Origin: Felis catus
Lineage: Eukaryota
Direction: 5' to 3'
Length of the DNA: 64,000 bases
Assembly (NCBI RefSeq): GCF_018350175.1
Contig: NC_058369.1
Span: 96,906,001-96,970,000, forward strand
Shown: positions 25,070-38,748 of the stretch, piece by piece
How positions within the stretch are numbered: the stretch's first letter is position 1
Layout of the letters: every line of letters begins with the position of its first letter
The notes under the pieces: generated by a model
What the model was told of the DNA's origin: nothing
What the model saw: the letters and a program-made list of their open reading frames with translations, nothing else
Database searches by the model: none
Program-made: the position numbers and the translations under genes

Positions 25070-25180
25070 CTGATGGATCAAAGTCTGGAAAATAATCTGG
25101 GCAGTACTGATGGGACAGTACTCCAGCCGGTGTATCATCCCAGCACAGCCATCCATCCCAGGTACGGTTGCAATACGGAC
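25070..25180 (-). CDS. CALCR: CALCR coding exon ([38 protein letters not shown]), class B GPCR hormone-binding domain
   Basis: aataatcag|GTCCGTATTGC...CCATCAG|gtaaaa; 111 nt, phase 1 to 1; CNRTWDG/CW signature. Confidence 0.97.
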
Positions 25181-25624
25181 CTGATTATTCAGAAAGAAAT
25201 TAACACTGTACTTGGAAAAAGTTGCAGAATCATCAGCAGGGATTTGACAGTGTTAAACAGGATCTATCTATTTAATAGATGGTTATTTTGGAGCTCTGGA
25301 CATGCATATGGAAATATTAAAAAGAACAGCAACAGCAACAAAATAGAGATATTAACTTTACCAACTCTTAATAGAGTTTACATTTTTAGAGGGTTTTCTC
25401 CATTTGTTCCTCAAAAGACATACATGTCATCTGTATGGAATCTTTCCTCTAAAATATTTCCTTGAAAATGTCTCCAGAAATGCTGCAAAGAAATCTTGTG
25501 AAAGGTATATGCAGTATCACCCCTGGATCAGAGGCTTACCTTGAAAAAACTATATGTTTTTGTAACATATGGATCCTACTAGCCATTAACCTTCAAAGGG
25601 GTTGCCTTGAATAGTTCTATTCTT

Positions 25625-25848
25625 TTTTTTTTTAATTTTTTTTTTCAACGTTTATTTATTTTTGGGACAGAGAGAGACAGAGCATGAACGGGGGAGGGGC
25701 AGAGAGAGAGGGAGACACAGAATCGGAAACAGGCTCCAGGATCTGAGCCATCAGCCCAGAGCCTGACGCGGGGCTCGAACTCACGGACCGCGAGATCGTG
25801 ACCTGGCTGAAGTCGGACGCTTAACCGACTGCGCCACCCAGGCGCCCC
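25625..25848 (-). mobile_element. SINEC_Fc-like, very young
   Basis: CpG-rich; perfect 16-bp TSD gaatagttctattctt at 25609-25624 and 25849-25864. Confidence 0.96.
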
Positions 25849-26137
25849 GAATAGTTCTATTCTTAATCCAAGGGTTTAAAATTCAATTGTTCAAAATTCC
25901 TGTGGGAGATGCATTTGTACACAGTTAACAGGTCACACAGAAATCTAGTCTTATTATTTTAGAATCACACTTTGTTAGTAGCTAAAATAATGCTCAGTTT
26001 GAGTAGTTTATGTATTTATCAGCATTGGGTCTTAGTGGTGTCTCACTGCTTTCAAAATTTAATCTACCCTAAAATGTAAAGATTGACCTCTATAAAGCTA
26101 TTCAAAAGAATAAGCCTCAGGCTTTGAAGGCAGTCCA

Positions 26138-26241
26138 AGAACAAAAAAAAAGGAAGGAAGGAGGAAAAAAGGAAAGAAGGAAAGAAAGAAAAGAAGGAAG
26201 GAAAAGAAAAAAAGAAAAACAAACAGAAAAAAGAAAAGAAA
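26138..26241. repeat. Purine-rich (GGAA/GAAA/A) low-complexity tract
   Basis: Directly visible. Confidence 0.9.
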
Positions 26242-27312
26242 TCTTAAAAGAATGATCATAGCACAAAAGTTCAGCCTCCCAAAATGGTTAAGACTGAAGT
26301 GAATGAAGGAGTCTGCTCTCGCTTGGTCTCTGAAAATAAATGTTGTGTTTCTATTGTTTCACTTGCTTCAGAAGAAATGATTTCTTCTTTGGGCAGAGTT
26401 GCATCTAATGACTTTTCAGTTTCTTAAAAAACACTGAAACTACTGGAGACCGAAGAAGAACATGTATCTATCTTTCTACTGTCTTGAGTTCTGTTTAAAA
26501 GAAATATTCTAAAAATAGGAAGTAGAAATTAAGTAGAAATTTAACTATTTAAAGGCAAACCATATGTAGTAATAGAATATAGTTAACTGATATTCCGCCT
26601 CACCCCCAACACACACACCAAGAGGTGTTATCTTAGAATATACAAGGGTGTACAAGATCTTGTTGGGTCTTTTCAAATGTTTTAGGGGACAGGGAAGAGA
26701 ACTGAAATGGATGTCGTAATGCTTGGCCATCACATAGCTCTCTATGGCTAAGAGAATAGGCTTGGCCCTGAAAATATTTGAACAGTCACATAGAGCATTC
26801 TAGAGAAGGTGACAGATAAACAATGCCTGCCTAGGAGATAGCTTTTTTCTAATTTCTCTGGGAACTAGGGCTAGAAAAGGAGAAGGAATAGCACTAGTTG
26901 CCAACAAATTGACAGTTAAGGGAAGATACTGCCTAATTAACCCAAAACAAGACAGGATTTTGACAGGATTCACCTGAGGCAAATTCTCTGCCCACCATTT
27001 TCCCATTCCCTTCCTATCATTTTCCAATTCTTCTCCCTCACTTCATCCTGCATTGTTCCTCCTTGCTAGGTGTGAATACTGAGTTATTGTAGCAATTTTG
27101 TCATAAGTGTAGATGTTAGCCCAAAACCAGTTGGGTGGACTTGAGCAAAGAAAGTAGGCATGTGTCCAGCATGAAATATACAAGCATACCATAGTTTGAA
27201 AACCACCGTTAAAATTGCTGGCATATTAAAACTAGTCAACACATATTTACCCACTGAAGCAAAAAACCTTTAATGTTGTTTGAAACATATTTGCATACAT
27301 CTTTCTTCTTAC

Positions 27313-27469
27313 CTTCTCCTTGGTATGGGGGTAACTGCTGCATGCGGTCATAGCATTTGTACTGCGCATCCGTCATTTTCTTACGTCCTAGGACGTAGAG
27401 AAATGGCTCGGACTTCATATTTGGAGGATAGGTGTCATTTGAAGTGGCAGGAAGAATTGGGGTTGGGTG
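27313..27469 (-). CDS. CALCR: CALCR coding exon ([53 protein letters not shown])
   Basis: ttttaatacag|CACCCA...GGAGAAG|gtaaga; 157 nt, phase 0 to 1; overlaps provided ORF 27236..27418. Confidence 0.97.
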
Positions 27470-30400
27470 CTGTATTAAAAAGAAAAATCAGTCACTTATA
27501 GAGAGCAGGAACCGGTGTATACAGAAATAAATGAGACAGTCAAAAAGTTTGAAAACATTTTCCTTCCACGAGCAACAATTATATATGGTCTCCAAGTGGA
27601 ATATTTTTCTTCATAACTGAAAAGTGTATTTATATTTCATCTACAAATTCTACCTACAGATTTCATATATGCATTCTTTCCATTCACTACTGAAAATGTA
27701 TAGCCCCCACTCAAACTCATGCACCTCTTTATCATATAAGATTGTTTTAATTTTGTTATCACTGTTAAGTTTAGAGGTAAACAAAACAAATAACCTGATT
27801 TCCAAAAAATACCAATATTAAATCAACTTTGCCTTCTTTGGAACTTCTAATACTCATGAATCATGTTATTAAAAATAGATATATTAGTGCAATAAGTAAA
27901 CTTTTATATTAGATTCTTTCAGCTGATTTTTATTTGTGCTTAGATTACGTGCGCTGCCAAAAATTCACTCCAGGTAGTCACAGAACAGACAAAATCTGTT
28001 CTTCTGAGATACTCTGCATTGGATAATTGGCTTTAATATCTTTAAATAGGCTTCTTCAGCAGGTGACCTACACAGGATAATTTATTTTCACTGCTGGAAA
28101 TCAGTGCAAATCTTAAATATTTCTCTTAGTGCTTCTGCACTTTTGGTACAGGCTGTCACTGGTCATGATCACAGACTGACAAATCATCCTAAGTCATGTT
28201 TATATAGATTTCAATTTCTTTTGTGGCCATGATGTTTTTGGTGGTGCTTGAATCTGTGATTCTATACCCATGTTCTGCATAGAGACTTGTTCAGAGAAGA
28301 CTGCAAGCTTCAGCCTGCACTGGCTGTTTCTTCTTCTGAAGTTAGGAAGTTGCTCTCTTTCTATCACACCTGTTAAATACATTTTTTATTTGGCCTTATT
28401 CTGTCTAAATTATTCTAAGATTGAAGTTTCCCCAACTGTATTCATGCCAGAAACAGTGTTGCATACTTTTCTCTATTCCTCACAGTCTCTAAAACAAACT
28501 CATTTTTATTAAGTTGACCTGTATACCTCAGGCTACTCGGAGTGTAACCACACTGTTTTCCAGTGTATGTCATTGTGTGGATGCGGCATGCTTTCCTATC
28601 AGATAGCATGTCACTAGATGCTAAATTGTACAATGCATAATACAATAAAAATTCAGAGTGTACAGAGGGCATGGTGCAAGAATAGTCAGTTACCATTACA
28701 GATACAAGGTAGAATTTCAACTGGACTTTGAGTATATGCAGTGTCTACATAGGCAGACAGGAGAGGGAAGGCTTTCTGAATGAAGGGAAAGGAATGCGTA
28801 TAGGTCCCAAAGGTAGGAAATGGCACGTATGAGACACAGTAAGGAAACCATTGTCCCTGGAGAGAAGCATATTTGGGGGTTAGTAAGAAATGGAATCAAG
28901 GAAAATAAGATAATATAGAGCCCTGAGAAAACAAATACAAAATGCCTAGTGCAATGAAAGGCTCAATACATTTTAGCTAATATCATTAAAACATGACAAT
29001 AAATTAAAGATGTACTGTAGGCTTTTGACCAGTGAAGTCTGTGAAAGGAAAATGTTAGTAAAATTCATGTGGTGGGCATTAGATGTTCACAGATCAGAGC
29101 TGGGGAGGGAGCCAGGAAGCTGAAGGCATGGACTAGAGCACTGAGTGAGGGAACAGGGAAGCACAACCCTCAGCACTTTCTCAGATAATAAAACATATAT
29201 TTGAATATAAGGACCGGAGAACAGTAATAGTCAAATAGCTCAGGTATTTTAACCTACATAATGGACAAGAATGGGAATACCTGAGAAGGGAGAAGTTACT
29301 AGGGGGAAGAATGTAAGTTCTCTTTTGTTCTTGTTTTGAAGGTGCCAGCAAGGCATCTGAGTAGAAATTGCTTGCAAACAGAAGAGGGTGAATACTTATT
29401 ACATACTGTGATAACTCTAGATGGACACTTACTGTTGGTATAGTTGATACTACTCTTTATATATTAGGATTGTTTCTAATTTTAATGCTTCTTGAATGTA
29501 TGACAGAAAAAAAAGAGACATTAATGAACTCACAGAAATTATTTCAAATGTACAAATCCTTTACCAACATAGTTGAACACCATTCTGTTGTCATATGATC
29601 CTTCCCTACTGGTTTTAAGATCAACCAATCAGCAAATAGTCATTGAACTTTATCAGCCAAGCATTATGCTAGTGCTGAGTAAAATAAACATAGATCCTGC
29701 CCTCATGGAGCTTACAGTCTAGCAAGAAAGATCAACATAAAATATTTCCTGACACCAGGAACTGTGAAATGTAAAGAATCATTAATAATTGAATGCTCAG
29801 TATTCCTTCAGGAATTGGAATGTGGTTTGGGAGTAAAAAATACATATTTTTAATAGATTTCACATTAAAGGCTTCGTTGTGGATTATACTAGCCTACATT
29901 TGTATGAATGCATGTGGCTGTGTGTGTTTTAACAATCTGACTAAAGATCACATAACCATGGTCTTTAATAGATCATTGTATCTCCACAATAAGAGATATC
30001 AATTATAGGTTAACCTTATGCATCTATTTTAGATTCTTTGTAGCTCTATTCTTAGAATCTTTAATTGATGTGAGAATTGTCATTGATATATTATTTATTT
30101 ATGGGTAATTTTCTCACCATATTCAAATGAAATTAGAAGCTGGAATCTGATGTCCGATATAAATATTTTCTGTCATTTATACTAGATGTTTTAGATGTTA
30201 GGGAGCATCCTGTTTAAGTTTGGCATTCTTTCCAAAAGTAACATTCTGAATTCTATCTTTAATGGACTGGGCAACCAATTAATAAATGTTCCTGCACTAG
30301 TTGGAAATTCTTGTAAGCCATGGGGAGTCATTATGTGCAAGGGTACCAAGAGGAAAGCCTGGTACTTGTGTTTTCAATTACAGCATGATTTGTTTTAATG

Positions 30401-30472
30401 AAGTTTTAACATCTATAACAGTGTAGATATGACCATCTGAAAGAGCATGTGTATTTCATGTAGATGATAGGA

Positions 30473-30570
30473 GCATCAATCTTACCATTCTTGCAATATT
30501 GAAACAAACTCCAGTGAACTTGGTTTGGAGCCTGGTTCCATAGAGATTGTTTCAACACTGAAGGAATGAG
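30473..30570 (-). ncRNA. MIR653: pre-miR-653 hairpin; 5p at about 30538-30558, 3p at about 30497-30518
   Basis: Minus strand ctcattccttcagtgttgaaacaatctctatggaaccaggctccaaaccaagttcactggagtttgtttcaatattgcaagaatg matches recalled mir-653; arms pair; clustered with miR-489. Confidence 0.95.
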
Positions 30571-31179
30571 AAATTAGAACTTCTGTCATAGATGAGACAT
30601 AGTAATCTGAGTCTACTCCTTGTCTGGTTGGTGTGTGAGCAATGACTATAGAATGTTTGCAGTGGTAACTGAATGCTTCAGTGACTTTCTTCTGAAAATA
30701 ACATATATTTGAGGCATTCTGTCATATATGTATATATAATGGATATGAAGATATAGACAGATAACGATTATATATATAATTCTAATAATGGAATTACTAC
30801 TGCTTAAAAATAATACATATACAAACTTCATAAAGCTCATGAACATAGAAAGGTTTTGCTGGTGATTTTGTACCAATAAAAATGGCTAGTGAGGTGGCAT
30901 AATTTTCAGCAATATAGAGACAAAAAAGAAGCAGTGGTGATTAGATAAGACTACCAAGCAATGTGAAACACTTAAAAATATTTTAGTTATCATAAGTATT
31001 ATGTTTATATTATACATTTTGGCACATAAATATTTTATGCTCAAATGAAGATAGAGATGAGATATTAAGGGCACATTGATGTTCTGGATAAGGATTCATG
31101 TTCAAAGTTTTTCATACAAGCCATCTTATATGATTCTCCCAAAGCAAAACAAAATACAACCTCTTAATTGTTGTCCTAT

Positions 31180-31263
31180 GCAGCAGTTTAGCCGCCGTAT
31201 ATGTGATGTCACTCCTAAAGGTTCAAGTAAATGGCGCCACACATACGACCACCAAGCTGCCAC
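31180..31263 (-). ncRNA. MIR489: pre-miR-489 hairpin; mature 3p GUGACAUCACAUAUACGGCGGC at 31191-31212
   Basis: Minus strand gtggcagcttggtggtcgtatgtgtggcgccatttacttgaacctttaggagtgacatcacatatacggcggctaaactgctg matches recalled mir-489; arms base-pair; known CALCR-intronic position. Confidence 0.96.
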
Positions 31264-31294
31264 CAATACCTGCAGTCCGTAGCTGAAACACCGT

Positions 31295-31412
31295 TGTTCT
31301 TTCAGTTAATAAATACTTTGCTTCCCCCATGCCAGTTACTGTTCTAGGTACTGGAGATTCAGCAGTGAACAAGACTGGCAAGGTCCCTGCCCCCATGGGG
31401 CTCACATTCTAG
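31295..31412. mobile_element. L2 3'-end relic next to miR-489
   Basis: ccagttactgttctaggtactggagattcagcagtgaacaagac...ccctgcccccatggggctcacattctag. Confidence 0.75.
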
Positions 31413-34059
31413 GAGGTTTGGTGCACACTAATCATGGAGTCCAGTGGAAAGCAATCTGGTTTGAGTGGACATGTACTCAAGCAATTCCTACTTTGATGTA
31501 AAACAATCTTCCTACTTCTTGGTTTCTAGAAGCACAGAGACAAAACAATTACAGGACCATTCTGTGTAGAGCTTTAAGAAATGGTGCATCACTGCAGTGG
31601 TTCAAACGTAATGAATATGGGAACTCATGCTACAGTGCTGAAGGGAGAGATTCCTATTGATTTCCACAGACAGAATTTGTCTAAAAGGAACATGATTCCA
31701 GAATCCACAACTTGATATAACGAGCAGGATTTTGACATCACCATCCTTAATACTGACAATGTACATGTTGGAATTGTTTGTAGTTTTCAGTTACTTATAC
31801 TTTTCAAAATAATAAAGGATAAAACAGAGCTTTGTAAAGTGTTAACCTGGTTCTTCCAGGTAGGATCAGATGGTTGGTATCCTATGTTTTTTCTACTTAA
31901 GCATTATTTAAACAACAAAACTGCTCCATAATGATAAATGCCAAGCAAATAGGGGAATACAGATAAGTTACCAACAACGAATGCTTCTCAGAAGAATCTA
32001 GTTTTTCTATGTCTTCATCATTGTTGCTATAATTATCATCATCACTACCTTTTTTTTTTAGAACTCACTATGTGCCAAGTACTATTCTAAGCCAATTGCA
32101 CTATTACAGATAAGGGAGAGGAAATGAGTAGGTGGTTTTGATTGATGTAAATTGAGGCTCATGAAATGTGGTGACCCAAACTTTAAAGACCATTTAGAAA
32201 TCAGGTTGTTAGAATTCAACAAATACACTGGCAGTGGTTTTTCACAATAATGTATAAAAAAGTAATATTTTATAGTAATTAAAATCAGTACCACTTTTTA
32301 AAATAATTTACTTTTCTTGAAGGAGTATCAGTGTGGAACACAATGCGTGTTTTAGAAGGAAACTCACATATCAAAACTTTTTTTTATGGAAGAATCCTCC
32401 AAATCAAATATATGATCCAAATACAAGACAGAGAAGCAAATTTCTGTTTATCACAGGAAAGAGAGCACAAAGCCACTTTAGTGCCCTGTACAGTATAGTT
32501 TACTAGTAAAGAGATGCCCACAAACCATAAAATATTTCTGCCCATGGCTCAAATATATGAAATTATTTTAATCTTTGAATTTTGTAAAAGTTTTGAATAG
32601 AATTGATGTACTTCAGTTTTTTAGCACACCACAAATTATCTGTAGTCTTTATAATAGAAAAGGTGGAAACACTCAAACTGTCTTATATCTAGTTAAAGTT
32701 ACTTTAGTTTTTCTTCTGTCAATGTTTAATATAATTATATGCTTTATAAAATAAAATTATTTAGAGATATTTACATACAACTGATCACATAGGATTTAAT
32801 TTAAGCTATAAAAATAACAATATCAATCACGAATAGAATATACCAATATTTCTGTAGCTATAGAATCTCATATAAAGCTTGAGCATTTACAGACAAAATA
32901 AAATGTGCTAATAATTTCTACAATATTCTTGGTCCAGTGTTTTTATTATATTTACAATGGCATGAAGTTACCTGCATTTCCAAATACCAGATTACTTTTA
33001 GCAAATTATGTTGTATTTTATCTAAAGATTATAACATGATACTTTTACATAATAAAATAGACTATACTTAATATCCAAGTAGATGCAAAAGGACTACATT
33101 GACAATCATACCCATAAACCACTTATTTGATGTATAACATTACAAAATAAACATTTCCTTAAAAATAAGATTTATGTTTATGGAATATTAGTGATATTTT
33201 CTCCTGAATAATGTTAAGAGAAACAGTTTATACAAACTTGTAAGCCCATGACGACACATTAATTAACAATGTAAATCCTGGAACCCTGGACTAGTTTTGT
33301 TTGCCTGAGTATAATAGGATCAGTTATTGACTGAATTTTATTGCCAGGTATAATTCATTGGCCAGGATAAGGATCAATACAACTCCCAATTTGTTTATGT
33401 AAAATTTACTCATCTCTCTTTCATGTGCTATGGAAGTTGATGTGATGGGGAGTTAACAAAGTTAACACAAATAAATAGGCAGGCACTGGTAGTATTTTCT
33501 AAGATAATTGCAGTTCTGACTACTTGCTAACCATTTAGGAAAAACCAATATAAAATTACAGAAATTGGGCATGATTTACAAGGCTAGAGAAAGAGTTATG
33601 GAATGACATTGGTATGTTAAGACCTAAGATTCTTAGTTTTTAAAAAAAATTTTTTTTATGAGAAATGCATTTAAAATCAATAGCCAGACTGAAAGAGTTC
33701 AGATGTTTGAAAAAGACAGAAGCCTAGAAACTGGTTCAGATCCACATGTCTAAGATGAAAAACATTTTATCGAAGGACATTATTAGCCTTCGATGTTAAT
33801 TTCCAAGATAATGTGGAGATGTCTCAAGTTAACGCTAAATTTTTATAAACAAAGCTCACATTTTTCAGTGAACTATAACACAAATCTAAATTGTGAAAGT
33901 TGGGGGGGGGGGGATCTGTTAACAAAGTATCAAGGAAATGATAGTTTTGGCTTGTGGAATGTAGTTTTGGCAAGACCTCTCCCTGTGTGAGCGTCTACTC
34001 AATCACGTGCTCTGTGTCAGCATTCTTGATTAACGTGGCTTAAATAATGTTTTACTTAC

Positions 34060-34110
34060 ATTTAGGAAGATGAAGAGTACCAAGCACCGGCGGGTCAGTG
34101 TGAACTTCAT
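34060..34110 (-). CDS. CALCR: CALCR start-codon exon, coding part (signal peptide MKFTLTRRCLVLFIFLN); full exon 34060-34140 includes 30 nt upstream of the ATG
   Basis: Minus strand: tttttctag|GACTTAGAAGATCATCTTCAAAAACCAAAA ATG AAG TTC...CTA AAT|gtaagt; 51 coding nt, ends in phase 0. Confidence 0.95.
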
Positions 34111-34621
34111 TTTTGGTTTTTGAAGATGATCTTCTAAGTCCTAGAAAAATATAAAAGTAACAAAGACATTTACATTAATATAGGTTTAATACTGACTACA
34201 GTCAATTTCTTTTTCTTGTCTTTCAGTTTGACTCGGAGAGAATCATGTCCCAAGACATTCTAAATAAATTCATGTAAGTAAACAATATGCTTGTGATGCA
34301 AATGCAGTTGCATGTTCCATTGCCCTTCCTTTCAGCCAGGAAGGACTGGTGTCTGGTTGTTGTCTAAAGTCCTCCTATTAAGAAATTCCAGAGCCACCTT
34401 TACATATCAGGATCAAAATATAGGATTCAGAGAAATCAAGAGCAATCAATGTGGGCTTCAGTTAACATGTGGTGTCAGTAGAACTGTTGAAAATTTCAAT
34501 GGAAACGTCCAGAAAGAAATCACTTCATTAGACATGAACAAATACAATCAATGATTTGTAAAGGATCACCTAGGTAATTTAAGGCAACTTTTATTTAAGC
34601 AGTCTTATTTAGAGCCTTGAG

Positions 34622-34794
34622 TATTTTCCTTTCCTACAGAATTTTCTACAAGCTTCCAGTTGCTATTAAGAATAAATTTCTTCAATAGCAAGGATAGAAT
34701 ATGTCAAAATATTTTTCTTTCCTACAAAATTTCCTACAAGCTTCAAGTTGCTATTAAAAATAAATTTCTTCCACAGCAAGGATTGAGTATGTCA
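34622..34794. repeat. Tandem duplication, period 88 bp, two copies
   Basis: 34622-34706 versus 34710-34794; about 9 mismatches in 85 bp by hand alignment. Confidence 0.93.
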
Positions 34795-35846
34795 CCTAAC
34801 AGCTCACCATTCCTACCCAAAAGCATGTAATCGTCAGAAACATGCTGCTGTCACAAATATCGGTTTTTCATGACTGCAGATAATTTTACACAAGGAAAGA
34901 TAATAAAAGAGCAAAAAAGTATATATGTATATTTTTCATCAGTGGGATTTGCATGAAAACTGTATTTCACCTAGGGGTGAGTGGCTATGATCACATCATA
35001 TATCTTACACTTACGTATTCTGCTAGGTATGTTAGTATCTGCACTGTCTACCTAATACACTTGCTCCCCAAAGAGCAAAAGTTGTATTCCATTTACATAT
35101 CAGTACTACAGGAAACTGAGAATGTAAAGTATAATTTTCAAGTGTCATCCTATATGCGGATTATTATTTATGGCTTGTGGTTTACCTCAAGTCCACTAGT
35201 AAATTAAAAACACACATGGGTGAGCTGGATGAGACATGGTCCCATTACAAGAAACTGAGCATTGGGGTGTCTGTGCAATACACTAGGTATGAATGATACA
35301 AGACGTGTGCTAACACAACTATAACACAAAATGGGTAAAATTATCAAAAAATGGTACAAATACAGAGCTTCATAAAAGGGAGAGCTTTTGAATAGGGGAA
35401 CCAGGGCAGGATTTGTATTTTGACTAAAAAGGATTTTGAAAAGCAAGACCTATAGGCAGTGAAAGCAGATGAAAACAAGATATGAAGATAGGCAAATTTA
35501 GGGGTAGCTGAAGAATAAGGAATCCAATAGTTTAATTTAGCTGGAGCTTGGAGTTCCTCAGGAAGTGAAAATACAGCTAGAAAATTAGGGTCTGAGTCCC
35601 TAGGAAATTTATTACCCAAACCGTCCTTTCGGCACTTTATATGCCAGCTATACGTTTTCATCTAGGTAGATACGTAACCTGACAACCTTGCCTGATGCTA
35701 AACCCCTTTCATATAAGAATTACGTTTTAGCTATCTTTATCTCTCACACTTCACATAATCACTTACACATGATTATTATTATTATTGATAATGATGGGGG
35801 TTAGTGGTCCAATGAATCAAAGGAAGCATAGAACTCTGTGATTTTT

Positions 35847-36056
35847 TTTTTTTCAACGTTTATTTATTTTTGGGACAGAGAGAGACAGAGCATGAAGGGG
35901 GGAGGGGCAGAGAGAGAGGGAGACACAGAATCGGAAACAGGCTCCAGGCTCTGAGCCATCAGCCCAGAGCCTGACACGGGGCTCGAACTCAAGGACCGCG
36001 AGATCGTGACCTGGCTGAAGTCGGACGCTCAACCGACTGCGCCACCCAGGCGCCCC
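35847..36056 (-). mobile_element. SINEC_Fc-like, very young
   Basis: Near-identical to the copy at 25625; perfect 17-bp TSD agaactctgtgattttt at 35830-35846 and 36057-36073. Confidence 0.96.
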
Positions 36057-37677
36057 AGAACTCTGTGATTTTTAAAAACTGCATCTTCTCTACATGACCA
36101 CAGTAACAAATCTGAATACTGTATATCATTTTCCCTCTCCAATTCCTTGCATTCCCGTGTCAGTGACTTGCATAATTATCCATGAATTGTCCAAAGGAGA
36201 AACCCAAATCATCCTTGATTCTGCGCACTTCCTCGTACCCAACATCTAGTCTCCAGGACTCCAATTCTATCTGTGTTTGGTATCTTTTCAGACATGTCCA
36301 CCCTTCTCCACTGCCTTAGTACAGGACTCTGTCTTTCTCATCAGGACCCCAAAACAGCCTCAGGATGTTTCCCTACTTTAAGTCTTGATCTCTCCAACCC
36401 ATTGTCTATATTAAAATGAGTGTAATTGTATCTTCTTTCAGTGATACCCTACAAACTTTAAGTAAACGAATAAAACCCTCAACTAGGACTAAAATATATG
36501 GCCCTATTATAGCAAGAAGCACCAATATGATTGTGCTGAGAAATAAAGAAGAAGAAACTAAAGTTGTCTCTCAGATTGCTAGCTTGGATACAAAGTTAGA
36601 TAATGAAGAAATTCAGGAAGGGGAAGTAGGTGAAAGAAAAAGAACTTTTGATTTGTATTCTCCTTTAATTAAAAATATTACTACCAGAATCTTGGATGAG
36701 TCTTATTTCCTGGGCTGAAAGGCAGGACTTTTGAAATGTACTGTGTGTACTCATGAAATTAACGCAGCTTTGCTTAACTAGATCCTGCTTTTTTTTTTTA
36801 AGAAGGAAATCACAGACGTACATTGATTTTTTAAAGTCTGCTATTAATGGTAGCCCTATGATTTGGCCTCTGAGAGAAAAGATGTGTGAGTGCCAGAATT
36901 AAAAGTCAGATCTCTTCTTCAGATGAAAGTCCTACTCATTAATTCTAAATGTGAGAGCTACGCACAGTGAGAAGCCAGCTTCTCTATGAAGGTGAATATG
37001 GGGTGATTAGGCAGTTAATTGGCTTGTTCTATCCATGTCATATATTTGATGTCATCTGATATGTTATAAAGTATAAGTTGCTAGGTTTTCACTCAACAGT
37101 ATCATTACCATGAGGAGCATTAGAGGCTGTGGGAGAACTGTCCCCCGGAAGGTGAATGAGGCTGCACATTTTGCTGTAGGAAAGCGGAGCCCCATGGTTT
37201 CAAAGCCCCACACACTGCTTTTACAATTGTCCCACGACCAACTAAAGCGAACGAAAATAGTAAGGACATGGATCTGAGAGTGAATGTTCGGAAATGACAG
37301 AGGGGTTTAGCCAAGAAACAAAGTCCTTTCCTTTCTCCTATTAATTGGACATGTCTATAATTTTAAATACTCTTGCATTATTGTGGACTATAACAAATTT
37401 CTCATGTGCAACTTTATAGCAGATCTGGACTGTACCGAATCTGCCTCTAGTCAGGAAAGATCACTTGTAATTGTTCAAGGTTAAACAGTACTTTGCAGAT
37501 ATGCCTCTCTTTGAGAGAAGTATTTCATGATGATGTGTGAAGAGGAGAGAAATAACATATAAGTAGAGTTGTGAAGAAAGACAGGGATTTATGAATTTAA
37601 GGGAGAAAAACATGGCAAAGAAGAGCAGAATCAGAGTAAAAAATGAAGTAATTCACCTTTGCTGAGATTCTTCCAAG

Positions 37678-37680
<3 letters not shown>

Positions 37681-37722
<42 letters not shown>
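37681..37722. repeat. (AG)21 microsatellite
   Basis: Directly visible. Confidence 0.97.
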
Positions 37723-37728
<6 letters not shown>

Positions 37729-38344
37729 GAGGAGTTAAAAAGAATGATGGACGTGGAAAACCCAAGTCTATAGCTTAGTTGAATAGATGATTAAAGGATG
37801 GATAGATTGCAGGGTGGAATCTAGGGAAAGACTAATGTGGAATTTCCAAAAGGCAGGATTCAGAATTCAATGACCGTGAGGAAAACAGTTTTGACCTAAG
37901 GCGTAGAGAGTTAAACCTGCACCCAAACAGGAAAAGACAAAATCAGGCAAACAGCAGCTAATGGAGACAAAAATGCAACTTGGAAACGTTTAATTTGGAA
38001 TGGGTACAGATGAGACAGGTAACCTGTGATCAGACAGGTAACCTGTGATCTGGTATACCTGGGAGATGACTCAGAGAAAACCAGAACAAAGCTTAACTTT
38101 GACATTAGATTATTGATTTGTTTACTTCTTAATGTTTTCCCTATTCCTTCTGTACAGCAAGGGCTTTACTCATTTTTGTAACCCAAGAACCTAGAAAGGA
38201 GTCAGTAACATTGTAAGTGCTCAGTAAATGTTGGTTACTTAGTTTAAGGGATGAAATTTTACCAGATTTTGGTAAGGTAGGAAGCATTATTATCTCCCCA
38301 AAGAGCCCTAGTTGGAGAACCAAGAGATTCTAATTTCTGCTTTT

Positions 38345-38748
38345 ATTTTTTTTTAATGTTTCTTTTAAAAAGATTTTTTTTAATGTTTTATTTATTTTTC
38401 AGAGACAGAGAGACAGAGTGTGAGCGGGGGAGGGGCAGAGAGAGAGGGAGACACAGAATCTGAAGCAGGCTTCAGGCGCTGAGCTGTCAGCACAGAGCCC
38501 GACACAGGGCTCAAACTCACGAACGGTGAGATCATGACCTGAGATGAAATAGGAAGCTTAACCGACTGAGTCACCCAGGCGCCCCTAATATTTCTTTAGT
38601 GATTTAAAGAGAGAGAGAGAATGCAGGGTAGAGGCAGAGAGAGAGGGAGAGACAGAATCCCAAGCAGGGCTTGATCTCACAAACTGTGAGATCATGATCT
38701 GAGCCGAAACTAAGAGCTGTTTAACCAACTGAGCCACCCAGCGGGCCC
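38345..38748 (-). mobile_element. Two Can-SINEs; a younger copy (about 38366-38585) nested in the tail of an older one
   Basis: Two heads ending at 38585 and 38748; inner TSD taat(g/a)tttcttt at 38354-38365 and 38586-38597. Confidence 0.88.

Noticed and set aside
25534-25552. Strong donor-like AAG|GTAAGC on the minus strand
   Set aside because: No convincing partner acceptor or homology; such motifs are common in introns
27400-27469. One extra codon relative to the recalled human exon
   Set aside because: The recalled pig sequence has the same length, so it is not novel
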